DNA of 64,000 bases, taken from assembly GCA_008632985.1 (NCBI GenBank), contig QPGO01000007.1, forward strand, positions 372,001-436,000, read 5' to 3'. Origin of the DNA: Psammoneis japonica. Taxonomy: Eukaryota. Every line of letters begins with the position of its first letter. The first letter of the stretch is position 1. The notes beneath the pieces were generated by a model, which did not search any database, was not told the DNA's origin, and saw only the letters and a program-made list of their open reading frames with translations. The position numbers and the translations under genes are program-made. This document shows, piece after piece, positions 24,967 through 37,136 of this stretch.

Positions 24967-26367
24967 CTATGACTTAGGTTTCAAGCTCCTGAAAAACTCT
25001 TGCCATTTGCTCTCTTTCAGAACAGCATCAGCATCGACAGAACAGAGCAATCCAGTTTTCAACCCTTCACTAAGATATTTCCGAACGCCCTCTGCTCCTT
25101 CCGGTGATGCATAAAATTCCGGAACAAGCTTGGATTCCAGCTCCAAGGTGAGATTCAGGAGCTTGTCGGCGTGCTTCTTGCCAATACACTCCAATGGGAA
25201 GTCAGTCAGAGACTTTAATCCTTGTTTCATTGCAAACTCTTCTGTAGCATCCGTCACAAATGGTCTAGAGAGGGACTCATCCACCAATCCCTGCATGTAC
25301 GCTCGAGTAGCAATCATGTCCCAGTGCAGCACATCCTTGTTTTTGGAGGAATTCATTGTCCTGGTTGCCATGTCGAGAATCTCATTGTTTGAGAGTCGTT
25401 TACACATTCGTCCTGCTTCCGGAACCACATTGCAAAAGAAATTAGTAATGTAGTCACCGCTTTCGTGCATGTTGAATACCTCCACCTTGCCCGGGAATTT
25501 CTTTTCCCACATGGTCTTTATCCAATCGGGTTGCTTTGTCGTCTTTGCTGTGAATTTCTCAGTGTATTCCGAGAAGGAAGGAATCAATCGACCACCAGCT
25601 TTACCCGGCCATGCCTGCCGTTTTTCACGATCTTGCTTTCCATGCGGATGAAAGGATTGAACGTACGAACTTGGTATCCATGTAAAATAACGACGGTACG
25701 TAAAGACAATTCGAACTCTCCAACCCTTGTTAATGATTGGATCGAGGTGGTCCCACAAAAATGTTTCCTGATCCTTGTCAAAAAACCGATTCAGAGTCTC
25801 GTCCGAAATAAACACATTATAACCTTGCTCAAAGTGACTATCCGTCAGAGCTTTCAAGTCGTTCCATCGCTTTTCGCAGCCACAATCATCGGCCGACGAG
25901 TCGCAAAAAAGGCACAAACTTGACAACAAGTGCATGTTTGTTTCATAGTATCGTCCATAATGTCCAAGATAGTATAAATTTTCCTGTTCAAGTTGCTTCA
26001 TGTGAGCTCTTGAATACTTTTGGACCGATGAAGTTCCTGTCTTTCTTGGACCAACATGCAAGATTAACAATGGTGGCTTGTTGTTTTGTACAATAGAGGT
26101 TGTTGTTGTCGCATCGATGGCTTTGGAAATCTCTATTTTTGGCGTTTCATTGTCGATCTTGTCATTTCTTCTTAACATTGTTTTGTCACCAGCACTATCA
26201 ACTACGGATTCTTTGGGGAAGTTGTTGCTGTTGTTTACCATCGTCTCCTTGTACAACGTTGTGTTTCCGTACTTGCTCTGCAGAAAACCTCCGTATTGAT
26301 TGATCCACAAGAGCAAGGCGCCCAACCAAATCGACGCAACAATCACTGGCTTCCCTACTGACTTCAT
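24967..26367 (-). CDS. Type II membrane protein, sulfotransferase-like P-loop family
   Basis: N-terminal TM segment, LILHVGPRKTGTSSVQ, ISDE and VFTYRR...SSY motifs. Confidence 0.6.
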   Translation of the reverse strand: MKSVGKPVIVASIWLGALLLWINQYGGFLQSKYGNTTLYKETMVNNSNNFPKESVVDSAGDKTMLRRNDKIDNETPKIEISKAIDATTTTSIVQNNKPPLLILHVGPRKTGTSSVQKYSRAHMKQLEQENLYYLGHYGRYYETNMHLLSSLCLFCDSSADDCGCEKRWNDLKALTDSHFEQGYNVFISDETLNRFFDKDQETFLWDHLDPIINKGWRVRIVFTYRRYFTWIPSSYVQSFHPHGKQDREKRQAWPGKAGGRLIPSFSEYTEKFTAKTTKQPDWIKTMWEKKFPGKVEVFNMHESGDYITNFFCNVVPEAGRMCKRLSNNEILDMATRTMNSSKNKDVLHWDMIATRAYMQGLVDESLSRPFVTDATEEFAMKQGLKSLTDFPLECIGKKHADKLLNLTLELESKLVPEFYASPEGAEGVRKYLSEGLKTGLLCSVDADAVLKESKWQEFFRSLKPKS

Positions 26368-27059
26368 GGTGTCCAATTGATATGCCTCTTGTGTCCGATG
26401 CGTCTTTAGACTGCGACACACTGCATGTTTCGTACTTCTAGAGAGTAGAGTCTGAAGCAAAATGTGGGCGTCTTCGTCTTCCCCTCAAATATTGCCCTCT
26501 TCCGCGATCAACCCTAAGTCTGTTCCCGTTGCACGACAGAATTGGTTCCTCCTCTTTTAGGTGGAACTCTCTAGATCGAAGTCTGAAACCGAAAGATTTT
26601 GGATTGCCGCCCTCGCTACTATCAGAAAATAGAGCCATGACGATTGCCTGCACCAATCATTTTGCTGCATTTTGCGCCGGGCGTTCGAATTAATTAAAAC
26701 ACATAACGGTTATTTCGGTGCGCACTTTTGCGCGACCCACGCGACATGACTAACATGCGTTAGTGCGTGGTGCTGGTTGTTTTGCTTCTGACCGTTCTAT
26801 CTTCTGTGAGGTTTCATGAGGCTGTCTGTGTATGTTGATGTTGTCTAGTTGTGCATGTTGATGTTGTCTAAGGCAAGCTGCGTTGGATTAAGTGAATGTA
26901 GAAATGTGCGAAATTTACGCATTGTTGCAGTTTCTTTGCCAAATGGTTGGCCCTCATTTGTGGCCACACTCAATCCGCGGCGGCTCAAGTGAAAGTCCAT
27001 GTGCATGTATTTTATGCATTGATGCGGTTGTCTTTGCTAAATGGTCATTTGCAATTTGC

Positions 27060-27530
27060 TCAATTCCATTCTTTCTGGCCACACTTCTTCTGAAGGGACT
27101 TTGCTTGCTCCTTCTCCTGCTCCGCCATCTCCTCCTCGGTGAAAAATCTCCCCGACCGCTGTGGAATCGCCGCTGCACATGCTGCCTTTAGCTCCTCCAT
27201 GGTTGAATCATCCTTGGGCGCGACCGTTGTTTCCACATGATGACTGTCCACTGTCGTGTTGTCTTGCACAAGTGCAGAAGTGACATCAAAATTTCCCGAA
27301 GTGAGGTCAAACGCCGCTCTTGCTTCTTCCAAGGTAATCTCCTCTTCGTCTTCCTTGTTCATCAATGACTGAAGAAGTTCCGCACGTGTCTGCACCTTTT
27401 TCTTGTCCTCACCAGTTTTCTTTGGCTCGTCTGCCTTCTTTGTTTGTTGTTGCAAATCCATGTTTTCTCTGTTGCTGCGTTTTCTGTGACGGCTGCGTTC
27501 GCGTTTCTTGGTTTGTTGGTTAAAATCCAT
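27060..27530 (-). CDS. Small Lys/Glu-rich hypothetical ORF inside the element
   Basis: 156-aa ATG-started ORF, charged and Tyr-free; no family recognised. Confidence 0.4.
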   Translation of the reverse strand: MDFNQQTKKRERSRHRKRSNRENMDLQQQTKKADEPKKTGEDKKKVQTRAELLQSLMNKEDEEEITLEEARAAFDLTSGNFDVTSALVQDNTTVDSHHVETTVAPKDDSTMEELKAACAAAIPQRSGRFFTEEEMAEQEKEQAKSLQKKCGQKEWN

Positions 27531-27676
27531 TCGACGTTGTGTGACGTATGTGTAGATTTCTGCGCAATGTGCTGATCTAATCGAAACATTTTATTTTACG
27601 AAATTTCCGCATTTTTACGGTTGGGGTCACCAAACAGCTGTGCAGTGGTTGAGCATCCTAATCTAATGTTTGCATG

Positions 27677-30600
27677 CTACATTGACATTTCTGCGTGCTG
27701 TTGCTGAGAAAAATGCGTGGCGCTTCTCTCCTTCATGAGTCTCATCAAGGCTTCGTAGCCTTCTGGGACCTTGCATTTTCGCAGGTCCTTGCTTGGTGGC
27801 TTTCGCATGAACAGCCCTTCTCTGGTCTTTGCTCTGGAGAGCACAACATGCACCCAATTCTGAGCGCAGCTCCAAGAGTGTGCAAACAACTGCGGGACTC
27901 CACTCCCTTGCAGTTTGTGCCCTGCAGCAGCATTGTTGATGACAAACGGCAGCTGGGTTGCCTTCAGTTGGAAAGTGTGCCTTTGTTTGTCGCCTTCTTC
28001 TAAAGTTGGGCTGGGCTTGGCGATGCAAGCCCTGAAAGCATTTGTTTTTGGCTCAACTAAAAACTTCGCGGGGTCGATGCTTTTGTTGCAGTGTTCCAAT
28101 GCAACGTGGTCTACCTGACTAGCAAGCACAGCAGGAATGCCAATGTTGTTGTCTAAAGTCACCAGTCTTGGTTCCTGTCCTGGTTTGAGAATGACCTTGT
28201 CAACAGTGGCTTGCGTTCCGTTTGCTTGACCGTTTGCTGCATTTTCGTTGAAAGGTGTCATGACTCTGCATCCTCTGTAAATTCGTAAGACTGGATCCAT
28301 TCTTCCTGATTGCATGACAACGTCTCCTTCACCACAGTTGTTCCAGAAGCTGTTGTAAACCGGAAATGGTTGGTAGAGTCTCGTGCCATTCTGTGCCTGC
28401 AAGTCGTCACTGAAAATCAACATTGAGTCAAGGACGTCTCCATCTCTTCTGTGCAGTGTTTTTACTCTTTTTTCGAACAGGCCAGTGTCAATTGCATCTC
28501 TGTCCTTATTTGCGTGCGTGGCACAGCGGAGGTCACTGGGCAGATCATCTTCATTCTGAACTGCTCGTTCGTTGATGCACTCCACATCGTCAACTGTAAT
28601 CTCACCAGTGCGGAATCTCTTGAGCAGTTTTCCCCATGATGGATCGTCTTTAAACCTGTGTACACCACGAAGTTCTATGCAGCAGTTGATCCACTCGTGA
28701 AACTCGGGACATGCATCTTTGTGCAGTGGTTTCACTCCTTTTCCGACTGGTTCTAGTTGCCTGAGGTCACCTGCGAAAACAATGTTCATGCCACCGTACG
28801 GCTTGCTCAATTCGCTCTTCAACACTGTTAAATTCTCATGGAGTTTTTCTAGTTCTCTCTTGCTTGCAAAAGAAATCTCGTCTACCACCAAAAGTCTCGT
28901 GTCTGACCATGCTTCAATTTGCTCTTCGGTCATTTGCTTTCTTCTCATGAGGTGTGCAACTCGGTGGATTGTGTCCCCTTTGAGAACAGTGGCAGCCACT
29001 CCGGTCAGTGCAGTTGTTCTGATTGTGCTTGTTGTGAACGGCTGCTCAACAAGCGAGCAATGCTCTCTTCCGTGTTCCACGACGAGGTCCATTGTGGTTG
29101 ATTTGCCACTTCCACCTGCACCATGTAAAAAACACACAAGTTGCAACGTTCCACGTCTTTGCACTTCCACGAGTTTCTTCAATCGGCGAAGGTTTGTTGC
29201 GAATTCGTGTCTGCCATTTCTCCTGTTAAGTCCATTGCATGACGTCTCGTCTTGAAGAGCGTCTTGACAGCAAGTGAGCACAAAGGTTCCTGCTAGAATT
29301 TCAAAGGCACGCTGCTGTTGCCTGTCCAGTCTTGCTTTCCTAGCCCAGTCTGCGACACTTGCTGCAGATCCGTTTGCTTGACGTACATCGACGTGTTCTT
29401 CCAAACCTGTCATGTCCTCAAACGACCTTCTTGTTCTTTGCGTTCTAGTCAGCATCACTCGAACAATGTCGTCTCTTGACAGTGGTCTGCTGTGGATGTG
29501 TTGTTGCACTCCTTCATTCTGGTCTTCCTCGTCGGTGTCATCGCCGCCCTCTAGATTCTCAAAAAGTTGTCGTTCATCAACCTGGCTTTCCTCGTTTGGT
29601 GGGTCAGTGTGCATGTCTGCCAAGCATTTGCAACCACCCATGTGTGAACCTTTCTGTCTTGCACGTTTACCACTCAAATGCGCAGGAACAACTGCTTGGT
29701 CGCTCAACCCAATGTCATCGTCTTCTGGCTGCTCTGCCATTTCTTCCAAGAGTGCATCCAGCAGTTGACCCTGAACGGCGCCTGAAAGACCTTCTTCCTC
29801 GTCACTTTCGTGACAGTCAAACGCAACGTCAGCAGGTCTAAATTGCTCTGTCTTTCTTTGCAGATCGTCAGATGTGCTTTTGAGACGAAGGCAGTTGGAC
29901 TCAGCATCCTGTGGGTTCTGCAAGAAGTTCAAGTTTTCCTCTGCAATGACACCGGCTGCTGCGGAGAGTTGGAATTCACGCAGGCATGCATGGGTTGTTG
30001 GTTTGAGTTCTGTCATTGTTCTGCAAGGTGCAAACAAGGCCAACGCCAACTTGCAGTGCAATTCTTTGTCTGGTGTTGTTGGTTGCTGCGGATTTGTGAG
30101 GCAACCACCAAACTTGGCTGCATCAGGAAAATCACACTGAAGCACTTTTGACAATCGCGGTTGCTGTCGCTGTCTGACACCTTGAAGAAACTTGTTCTTC
30201 GTTGAATTGCAAGACGGGTGCCTGTGCACTCTGTCATCGAACATCATCATGCCGTGTTCGTTTTTCCTTGTGTTGCAAAGAACTTCGCACTCACTGAAAA
30301 ACGCAAATGGGCTGAGATTCTCCAGTGCTGTTGGACGACATGGGTGGTGCAAGGCCTGGCATTGGAAGAACGGTGTGTCGCCAAAACAGGCTACAGTCGC
30401 AGACACTTCATCTCTTTCTAGTGTGCTGACAATGTCTTTCAAGGGGCACCATGCGGTCAAATGAGATTCGATGAAACGGCTTCCGTTCCTTGTCATGTAA
30501 GACGCAAGTGGTGGTCCAATGACGTTCGTCTTGTTGTGTGAGCAAGCACCCCACATGAGACGTCTGATTGCTTCCAATGCATCAGATGCGTGTTTCCGTA

Positions 30601-33328
30601 ATTCCGTCGCCACCCTGTTCGTAGTTTGAAGCACTTCGTCGTACGATGCAGCATCATCTTTCTGGGTGTCTTTTAGGATGTGCTCAATCGTGCATTGAGC
30701 AGACGGTCCAGGCATCAATGAAGCAATGTTTGTGTTGCATGTCAGTTTTGATCTGCTCATTGCAGGGCACGACACGTTTTGAAAAGCATCGCACTTTCTC
30801 CTCTTCGGAACAACTTCCTTCACACACCGATGCGCAAAAGTCCCATCCCAGCTGAACCACTTTATCTGAGTGTCATCTGCGTTCCTTGCTAAATCATTTG
30901 GACACGAAGCAGCTGGTTGCCTGTGACGGCAGTCACCCAGTTTGAGCTCCTCTCGTTTCCTTTTCCTTGACAGTGCGTCCAGTTCCTCGTGTGGTTTTTT
31001 TTTGCGCATTTTATGTAACTCCACGCATTTGGGAAAACACAACTTCATAACGTGCATGTGATGGTTGTAAGCTGCGTCCAGCACATGTGCCTCCATTGTC
31101 CCTTGCGGACCACTTCGCTGGTGTTGTGCACACATTGCTTTCAGTCGCTTTGCATGGTCATCTGGATGGCGAGTCAGGCCAGGCACACGGTGCCGTGACT
31201 GTAAAAAGCTTTCTACAAACTCGACGTTTGTCCAGTGCTTGGTGCAGTGACGACAACAAGCAAACATTCCGTTCTTCGACTGCTGGCCGTCTTCATGCCT
31301 CAGGTTTCTTAGCTGTTGGTCGTCTGCTGCTTTTGGAGAGGTGCGACACATTTTTGGCACTGCACAGTCATGATCGAATGCTTCACGCAACGCGTTGGTG
31401 CTGAAGTCCTTGCTGCAGATTAATTCTGTGCTGCAGATCTTCTGAACTGTGTTGGTGAGGCACTCAGCACCTTCGCGTCGGATCTGTCTCATTGGCGAAT
31501 GCAGTTTCTCTCTTGCATTGTTGATTGATGCGAACCAGATCTGCATGTGTCCGTGTGCTGTCAGATGTCCCTGCTCCTCAACTGCGGCTAAAAATGCGGC
31601 TGGCCTGCCAATGCAGAAGTTAAAGTTTTCTCTTGGTTGGCTGGCACTCAGATCCCAACCCACTGCCTCTTCTGTTGCAATGTCAAACAAGCACTCGAAT
31701 GCAAAGGCTGTTAGACTGGGAAACTTTAGACGCAGTTCATTACGTTGCTTGGCCCTGCTGGCAAGAATTTCGTCCGTCAGTTGTGTCACGTCTTCGTTTG
31801 GGTCCAGGATGACACCCGAGTGCAGTTGCACAAGAAATGAATTTGCATCGTCCGGACTGACGGTTAAGAAAATGCCACCCTGACCAAAATGATGCTGATG
31901 AGTTTCGGCGTTTCTCCTCATTTTCTTTGCTGCTTCATTGCTGTGTGGCAGAGACGCAGATGCAACGTCGAGTGCGCACAAAAAGTGGTGCCCGAGTCCA
32001 TGATCTATTCTCTCGCCCAAGTTGCGATCACAAACAGCTCCATCCACATCGTCCACTGTCAGTTCGTTTGCAAACTGTGCAGCCTGATTCTTGTCCCTGA
32101 CTTTCCACCCTGCGCTCTGTGGCATCCTTTGCTTCATTGTCAAGTTGCAGCATGTTAACACGAAGAGCTGCTCGTGGAAGTGAGGCTGGGAAATCCGTGC
32201 CAAGTGGTCGGCACAGTGTGCAACGTTGGTGCCATCTGTGAGACTTCCGTCTTTCTTCATTCTCGTCTCATTGATTCCTCCTCTGCCAAAAGGAAACTGC
32301 AGCAGACACGCGTTGATGAAGTTGTTGCCTTTGAAATCACTCGCAGATTCTTTAGACAACTGTGCTTGCACCTCTAAATCAAATCCGTTGGCAGCAGCTT
32401 CGTGTGCAAGATCTTTGAAGCAGTCCAGGTTGCGCTGACCACCGGTCACAGGAGACATGGTTCCATCAGGAAAGCAAATGTGAAATGACTCTGAGGTCTC
32501 AACATTTGCATTTTCTCCTTCTTCTTTGCCGGTGCTGTCGACAAGTGCGGGATTCCGCAGATTACGCCCAACTTCGTCTAGATTTGTCTGTTGGTGCACC
32601 CACTCTTGGTTGTGGTGCAACAGCCATTCCATCGCCCTCAGCATGTGGTGCGTCCTAATTCTGTTCTTTGAACGTGCAAGTTGTCTTTGCTCCGGAGTCA
32701 TCTTTCCAGTCATCAGTGCAATCACATTCTGATGTAAATTCAGCACGTCGAAGTGCACAACAGTTCTTACGATGCTTTGCATCTTGACTTTGTAGTGTGT
32801 CAGACTTCCCTGAAGCTTCTTCTGTTTGCCGCCAAGGCAACTGAAGCAGCATCCGCATGTTTTCACTGGTGTGAGCATTGCCAATTCTACTTCGGTTAGA
32901 GACAACAGTTCGTGCGGCGGGGTGCCGAAACAGCAGTTGTTCGCTGTCGCGTGCATTGGCACAACGGCTCTTCCCAGGCTTCTTCAGCATTCGCTGCAGC
33001 AAGTGAATCCGTCGACGCGTTGTCTGTCTTCCTGCACTGCGCATTGGGCACGGGGAGAAAGCAGCAGGTCTTTGATCCAATCAGCATCTTCATGCTCTAC
33101 AGTGCAGCAGGACTTGAGACGATCAGATGCACTGTTCCAGTCTGAAGGGGTGAGTGAGTTTCTTGCTGATTCCAATGTTTCGAGCGGCAAGCAGCAAACT
33201 TCTCTAGGTTTCAGCAGAACGTCACAGACCAAACATGCGTGTGGTCTAAATTCTCCGTCTCCACGCAGACAAAGCATCTCAAACTTTCTGTTGATTGCAT
33301 TGCAAACACGGGAGTTGGCCTTGTCCAT
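27677..33328 (-). pseudogene. Helitron Rep (HUH endonuclease)-PIF1 helicase, hypermutated
   Basis: Rep motifs IFLTVSP, VEEQGHLTAHGH and CTIEH (=YxxKY). PIF1 motifs HGAGGSGKST, TGVAA...GDTIH, VVDEIS, FAGDLRQLEPV, HRFKDD, ANGT, GHKLQG and HVVLSR. ORF 32984-33328 is in the same frame, separated by one TGA. Confidence 0.9.
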
Positions 33329-33417
33329 TTTAATTTAAGCTGTTGGCTCGACAAATTTCAAGAAGTTGCTCAGTAAAAACAGTTGTTTTTTCGGTGCGAT
33401 CACCGTGAAGCTGCGAT

Positions 33418-34045
33418 CGGTGCCATCCAATCACCACAGCGATGTGTGTTTTCTCGCCACCTGCAGCACTGCGACTGGTGTCATCCAGTCACTGCAGTGG
33501 TTCTGTCCAGTTGATCAACGAACCGCGTCGGTGCCACCCGTTCACCGCAGCGCTGTGTCGTCTTCTCACAACCTGTGCAATCAGGTCGCTGTGAGCACTG
33601 CGACTGGTGCTGTCCAGTCACCGCAGCCGAGTTAATCAGTTGCTTGACGAACTGCGTCGGTGCCACCCGATCACCGCAGTGTTGAGTTGTGTTCTCACAA
33701 CCTGTGCAATCAGGTCTCTGTGAGAGCTGCGACTGGTGTCGTCCAGTCACCGCAGCTGAGCTTGTGCGTCATCTCACAACCTACGTTGCGAGGTGCAGCG
33801 CTGTGTTGTTCACTCACAACCTGTGCAATCAGGTCGCTGTGAGAGCTGCGACTGGTGTCGTCCAGTCACCGCAGCCAAGTGAATTAGTTGCTTGACGAAC
33901 TGCATCGGTGCCATCCGATCACCACAGCGTTGTGTCGTGTTCTCACAACCTGTGCGACCAGGTCTCTGTGAGAGCTGCGACTGGTGTCGTCCAGTCACCG
34001 CAGCTGAGCTTGTGCATCATCTCACAACCTGCGTCACCAGGTCAC
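33418..34045. repeat. Imperfect tandem repeats, ~110-130 bp unit, five core copies
   Basis: Core GCGACTGGTGTCGTCCAGTCACCGCAG recurs at ~33471, 33600, 33729, 33848 and 33977. Confidence 0.85.
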
Positions 34046-34895
34046 TGTGAGAACTGAGAACTACGATCGGTGTGGCCCAATCACCGCAGTTGGATGCTTT
34101 TCGTTTCCCTTTGCGCAAAGGTTCTGTCACAAAAAAGTGAGACGAAAGTGTGCCTCTTTCACCTCGACGGAAGAGTGACGTGTGCGTTCCTCCCACGTCC
34201 TTCTTCGTACCAGACGCACGACATCCTGCTTGGTTTCGTCGACATTGAACATCCCATGGGATGAGATTTGGATCTTGTTCAAGTTGTTTTGACCATCTGC
34301 TCTGAACATTCCATGGGGTGAGATTCGGATCTTGTTCAAGTTGTTTTGGCAATCTTGGTGGTGGGCGCAGCTTTGCACAAATTCCGTAGAATCACACTTT
34401 GACGAGTGGCAGGGCAGTTGAGTCAGTCGTGTGGCAACAACAATGCGATTGACGTCATTCGTGTTTCCAAAGTGCGCGCGAATCCTCCAAATGGGTGATG
34501 GGCCCACCTCAGCTAACTGCCGGTACAGTGTGCAGTGACAGCGATGGCGTCGACCGTTTGGCGACTAGATTTCGTGCGCGATGGCCGCGCGGCAGTGACG
34601 GCTGAAATGCACACGAAGCACGGACGGAATTGCGCGTGATTTTACGCATTTTCAGCAAACTTGGTGCGACTTTGCGTGCTCCGATCCTTGCATCTGTTTT
34701 GTTCAAATTGAATCCATGCACCACTTGCAAGTGCTGACACCTGGAAGGTTGCCTTGTTGCAGTTCGACGTGTTTGAACCTGGTTGCTGACGTTGCCAGTT
34801 CTCCTTGGCATGATGCACGCAGCTCTGCTGGGTCTTTCTTGGCACTTCTGAATGATCGCACTTTTTGTTCCCACAATTTCTCTCCGACTGATTTG

Positions 34896-35768
34896 ATGGC
34901 ACGCAAAAGAAACACAATGACCTCCCCGGCTGCGAAGGCCAAAGTCGCCGAAACCAAACAGAAGAAGGCAAAGACGAAGTTTTCTGATGCTCTGTTGAAG
35001 AAACTAAGTCCGCCCCGCAAGACCAATGGCTTGACCGACGACGACCTTAAACCGGAAGACCACCTTGCCAAGCACGGGTTCAAGCTTTCCAAATCGGCCG
35101 GTTCTGACGATGGCAGCCATTCCGACAAGGACGCCCTCCTGCGCTGCGCCACCATCACTGTCGGCCGCAAGAAAGGCGTCGTTTTTCGTCTCCAAGCCAA
35201 GAATCCCCTTTCAACCAATGTTTGGTCGGAGAAGGTTCTGTTTGATGACCTTCGCAGCAGGACTCCATGGGTGGTTCAAGTCGGATTCCACCCTTACGCT
35301 GGCAGGTGGGTTCACGAGGGCGAGTTGCAGACGAACGCCAAGAACTGCGCCGTGCATCTCTTCTTCATCTTCCTCGAAGAAGTCCCAACCGATGCTAAAG
35401 TGCGCGGCCTCGGGAAGCACATTGCGAAGCAGCTGAACGATGACCCTGAGAACAACACCGAGGTCTTCGTTGAAGACGACTTCTTCTGGATGAAGGATGC
35501 TGTTTGGTCCGAAGTGATCGGCAACGAGGCGGCGCTTGCCGAGCTTCAGAAGGAAGGTGGTCAGTTTCACATCGGTTGGCACGCCCAAAACAAGAACTCA
35601 CTTCACAGTTGCTTCTACGAGGGGTCGTTGCCTGTGGAACTCTGTCGTCTCATTGGAGCTCCGGCAGAAGAAGCTGGAGAAGAGGCCGACGATGATGTCG
35701 AGCTCAACTGCGAAGTTGACCTGAACGTCGATGACGACTTGGTGCTTCAGGACAGCGACGAAGACTGA
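34896..35768 (+). CDS. Hypothetical protein, basic N-terminus and acidic C-terminus, element-borne
   Basis: GC3-rich coding-like ORF, MARKRNT...KQKKAK (NLS-like) to ...DSDED; only two Tyr. Confidence 0.65.
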   Translation: MARKRNTMTSPAAKAKVAETKQKKAKTKFSDALLKKLSPPRKTNGLTDDDLKPEDHLAKHGFKLSKSAGSDDGSHSDKDALLRCATITVGRKKGVVFRLQAKNPLSTNVWSEKVLFDDLRSRTPWVVQVGFHPYAGRWVHEGELQTNAKNCAVHLFFIFLEEVPTDAKVRGLGKHIAKQLNDDPENNTEVFVEDDFFWMKDAVWSEVIGNEAALAELQKEGGQFHIGWHAQNKNSLHSCFYEGSLPVELCRLIGAPAEEAGEEADDDVELNCEVDLNVDDDLVLQDSDED

Positions 35769-35855
35769 GTTGTTTTTTTTTTTGCCGGTGCAGTGTAAAT
35801 TTGTAAATGTTTGGCAAACCAAGTGTCGATTGCAACTCAGCTTTCCTCTGTCTCT

Positions 35856-36791
35856 TCAAGTGTGCACCATCTCCGACGATAACTTTACATTACCGCGAAG
35901 CAATGGCGAATTGAGCAGAGTAACTAGCGTGTGACGTCCAGTGCAGTGACAGCAAAAAAACAGTTCAGTTGAGTTCTTAAGTGAAATTGGCTGTTTCGCG
36001 ACGGGCAAATGCTTCCGTTCCAAGTGTGTCGGAGTGGGACGTCGCATGTGCTGGCTGGTTGACTGAGAAGTCTCCTCTTTCTTGGTGCACTTGTGGAAGA
36101 CGAGATGTTTCATGTCTCCGCTGTGCCACAAAAAGTCACCATCATGGCAATCCACCATGAAGGACTCGCACATCCACTCTCCCGCGTACGATGCGAACAG
36201 CGGATCTAGCACCACCACCATGGTCCCAGCACGACACAACTTCGAAAGCATTGCCTCTGCCTTCTGCTGTGTGTTCTTGTCGTCGACCATGCGGGAGTTG
36301 CAGTTGTTGAAGAACACCTTGAGTCCTTTCTTTTTCCACAAAGGAGCCAGCCTCTCGTCCAAGAATGACTTGTTGATCAACTCTAACCCACCGTTCGAGC
36401 AAAGGCCAGCACGATGAGCCCAACGTACAGCCTCTTGGTGACGATCGTGGTCGGCCTCGATGCTCACCACGGTGCAACGGCGACGAAGTAACTTGAGCCC
36501 GATGCTGGGTCCGGCAACTCCCCCGCCCATGTCGACAGATGTGTCGCAGGTGTGATTCACACCAAGAAGGCGTTCGTTCAAAAACACTTCGCTGCTCAAA
36601 GCGAAGCCAACTTCGCCGCCGTGTGAAGATCCGCTTCCGTCTCCGGAGACACGCCTGCTCTGGAACGCGGAGTCCGGAGCCGTTTGAAGACAAAACTCCC
36701 TGACACTTCTGCAACGATGGTTCATTGCATCCAACCTTGTGGCAACATCAACCTTGCTTGCAGCGGGTTCGACCAGACGTCGCGTTTCCAA
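35856..36791 (-). CDS. DOT1-like class I SAM-dependent (histone H3K79-type) methyltransferase, hypermutated
   Basis: Ordered motifs SHGGE (cf. YGE), VDMGGGV (cf. VDLGSGVG), SIE, KSFL (cf. GDFL), VFFNNCN (cf. IFVNNF) and AGTMVVVLDPL (cf. GxRIVSxKP). Confidence 0.6.
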   Translation of the reverse strand: METRRLVEPAASKVDVATRLDAMNHRCRSVREFCLQTAPDSAFQSRRVSGDGSGSSHGGEVGFALSSEVFLNERLLGVNHTCDTSVDMGGGVAGPSIGLKLLRRRCTVVSIEADHDRHQEAVRWAHRAGLCSNGGLELINKSFLDERLAPLWKKKGLKVFFNNCNSRMVDDKNTQQKAEAMLSKLCRAGTMVVVLDPLFASYAGEWMCESFMVDCHDGDFLWHSGDMKHLVFHKCTKKEETSQSTSQHMRRPTPTHLERKHLPVAKQPISLKNSTELFFCCHCTGRHTLVTLLNSPLLRGNVKLSSEMVHT

Positions 36792-37136
36792 ACCAAACTG
36801 TGACGTGCGCAGAATGCGTAAAATTGCCGTCGCGCCCTCTGCGCGCGCGAAATTTTCAAACGCGGCGTGCCACCTCTACCTGCGCATGGAGCGACGTACA
36901 AAGTCATTTTAAACAGACATGTGGACGCGTTGAAATAATAAGACGCCTTTGGGCGGTAAAATTTGTTTTGAATCTCGGCCTGCTTCTCATCGTTGCCATG
37001 CTTGTGTGTCCGTGTAATTCAAACGCACGAGCTGGCACGGCACGTGATGCACTTCTACGCGAGAACTCGCACTGAGATTGCCGTGGGATGATCCTCCCTC
37101 CGCGGAGACAAAAACAACGCGACAACACTTCCGTCA

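Noticed and set aside
26736..26770. Hairpin (CCACGC...ACTAAC-ATGC-GTTAGT-GCGTGG) as the Helitron 3' terminator
   Set aside because: No properly spaced CTRR end follows it on the minus strand; it may belong to the neighbouring promoter, so the terminus is left undefined.
33418..34045. CRISPR-like array (palindromic core with intervening sequence)
   Set aside because: The intervening sequences are themselves homologous, there are no cas genes, and the context is eukaryotic; this is a minisatellite.
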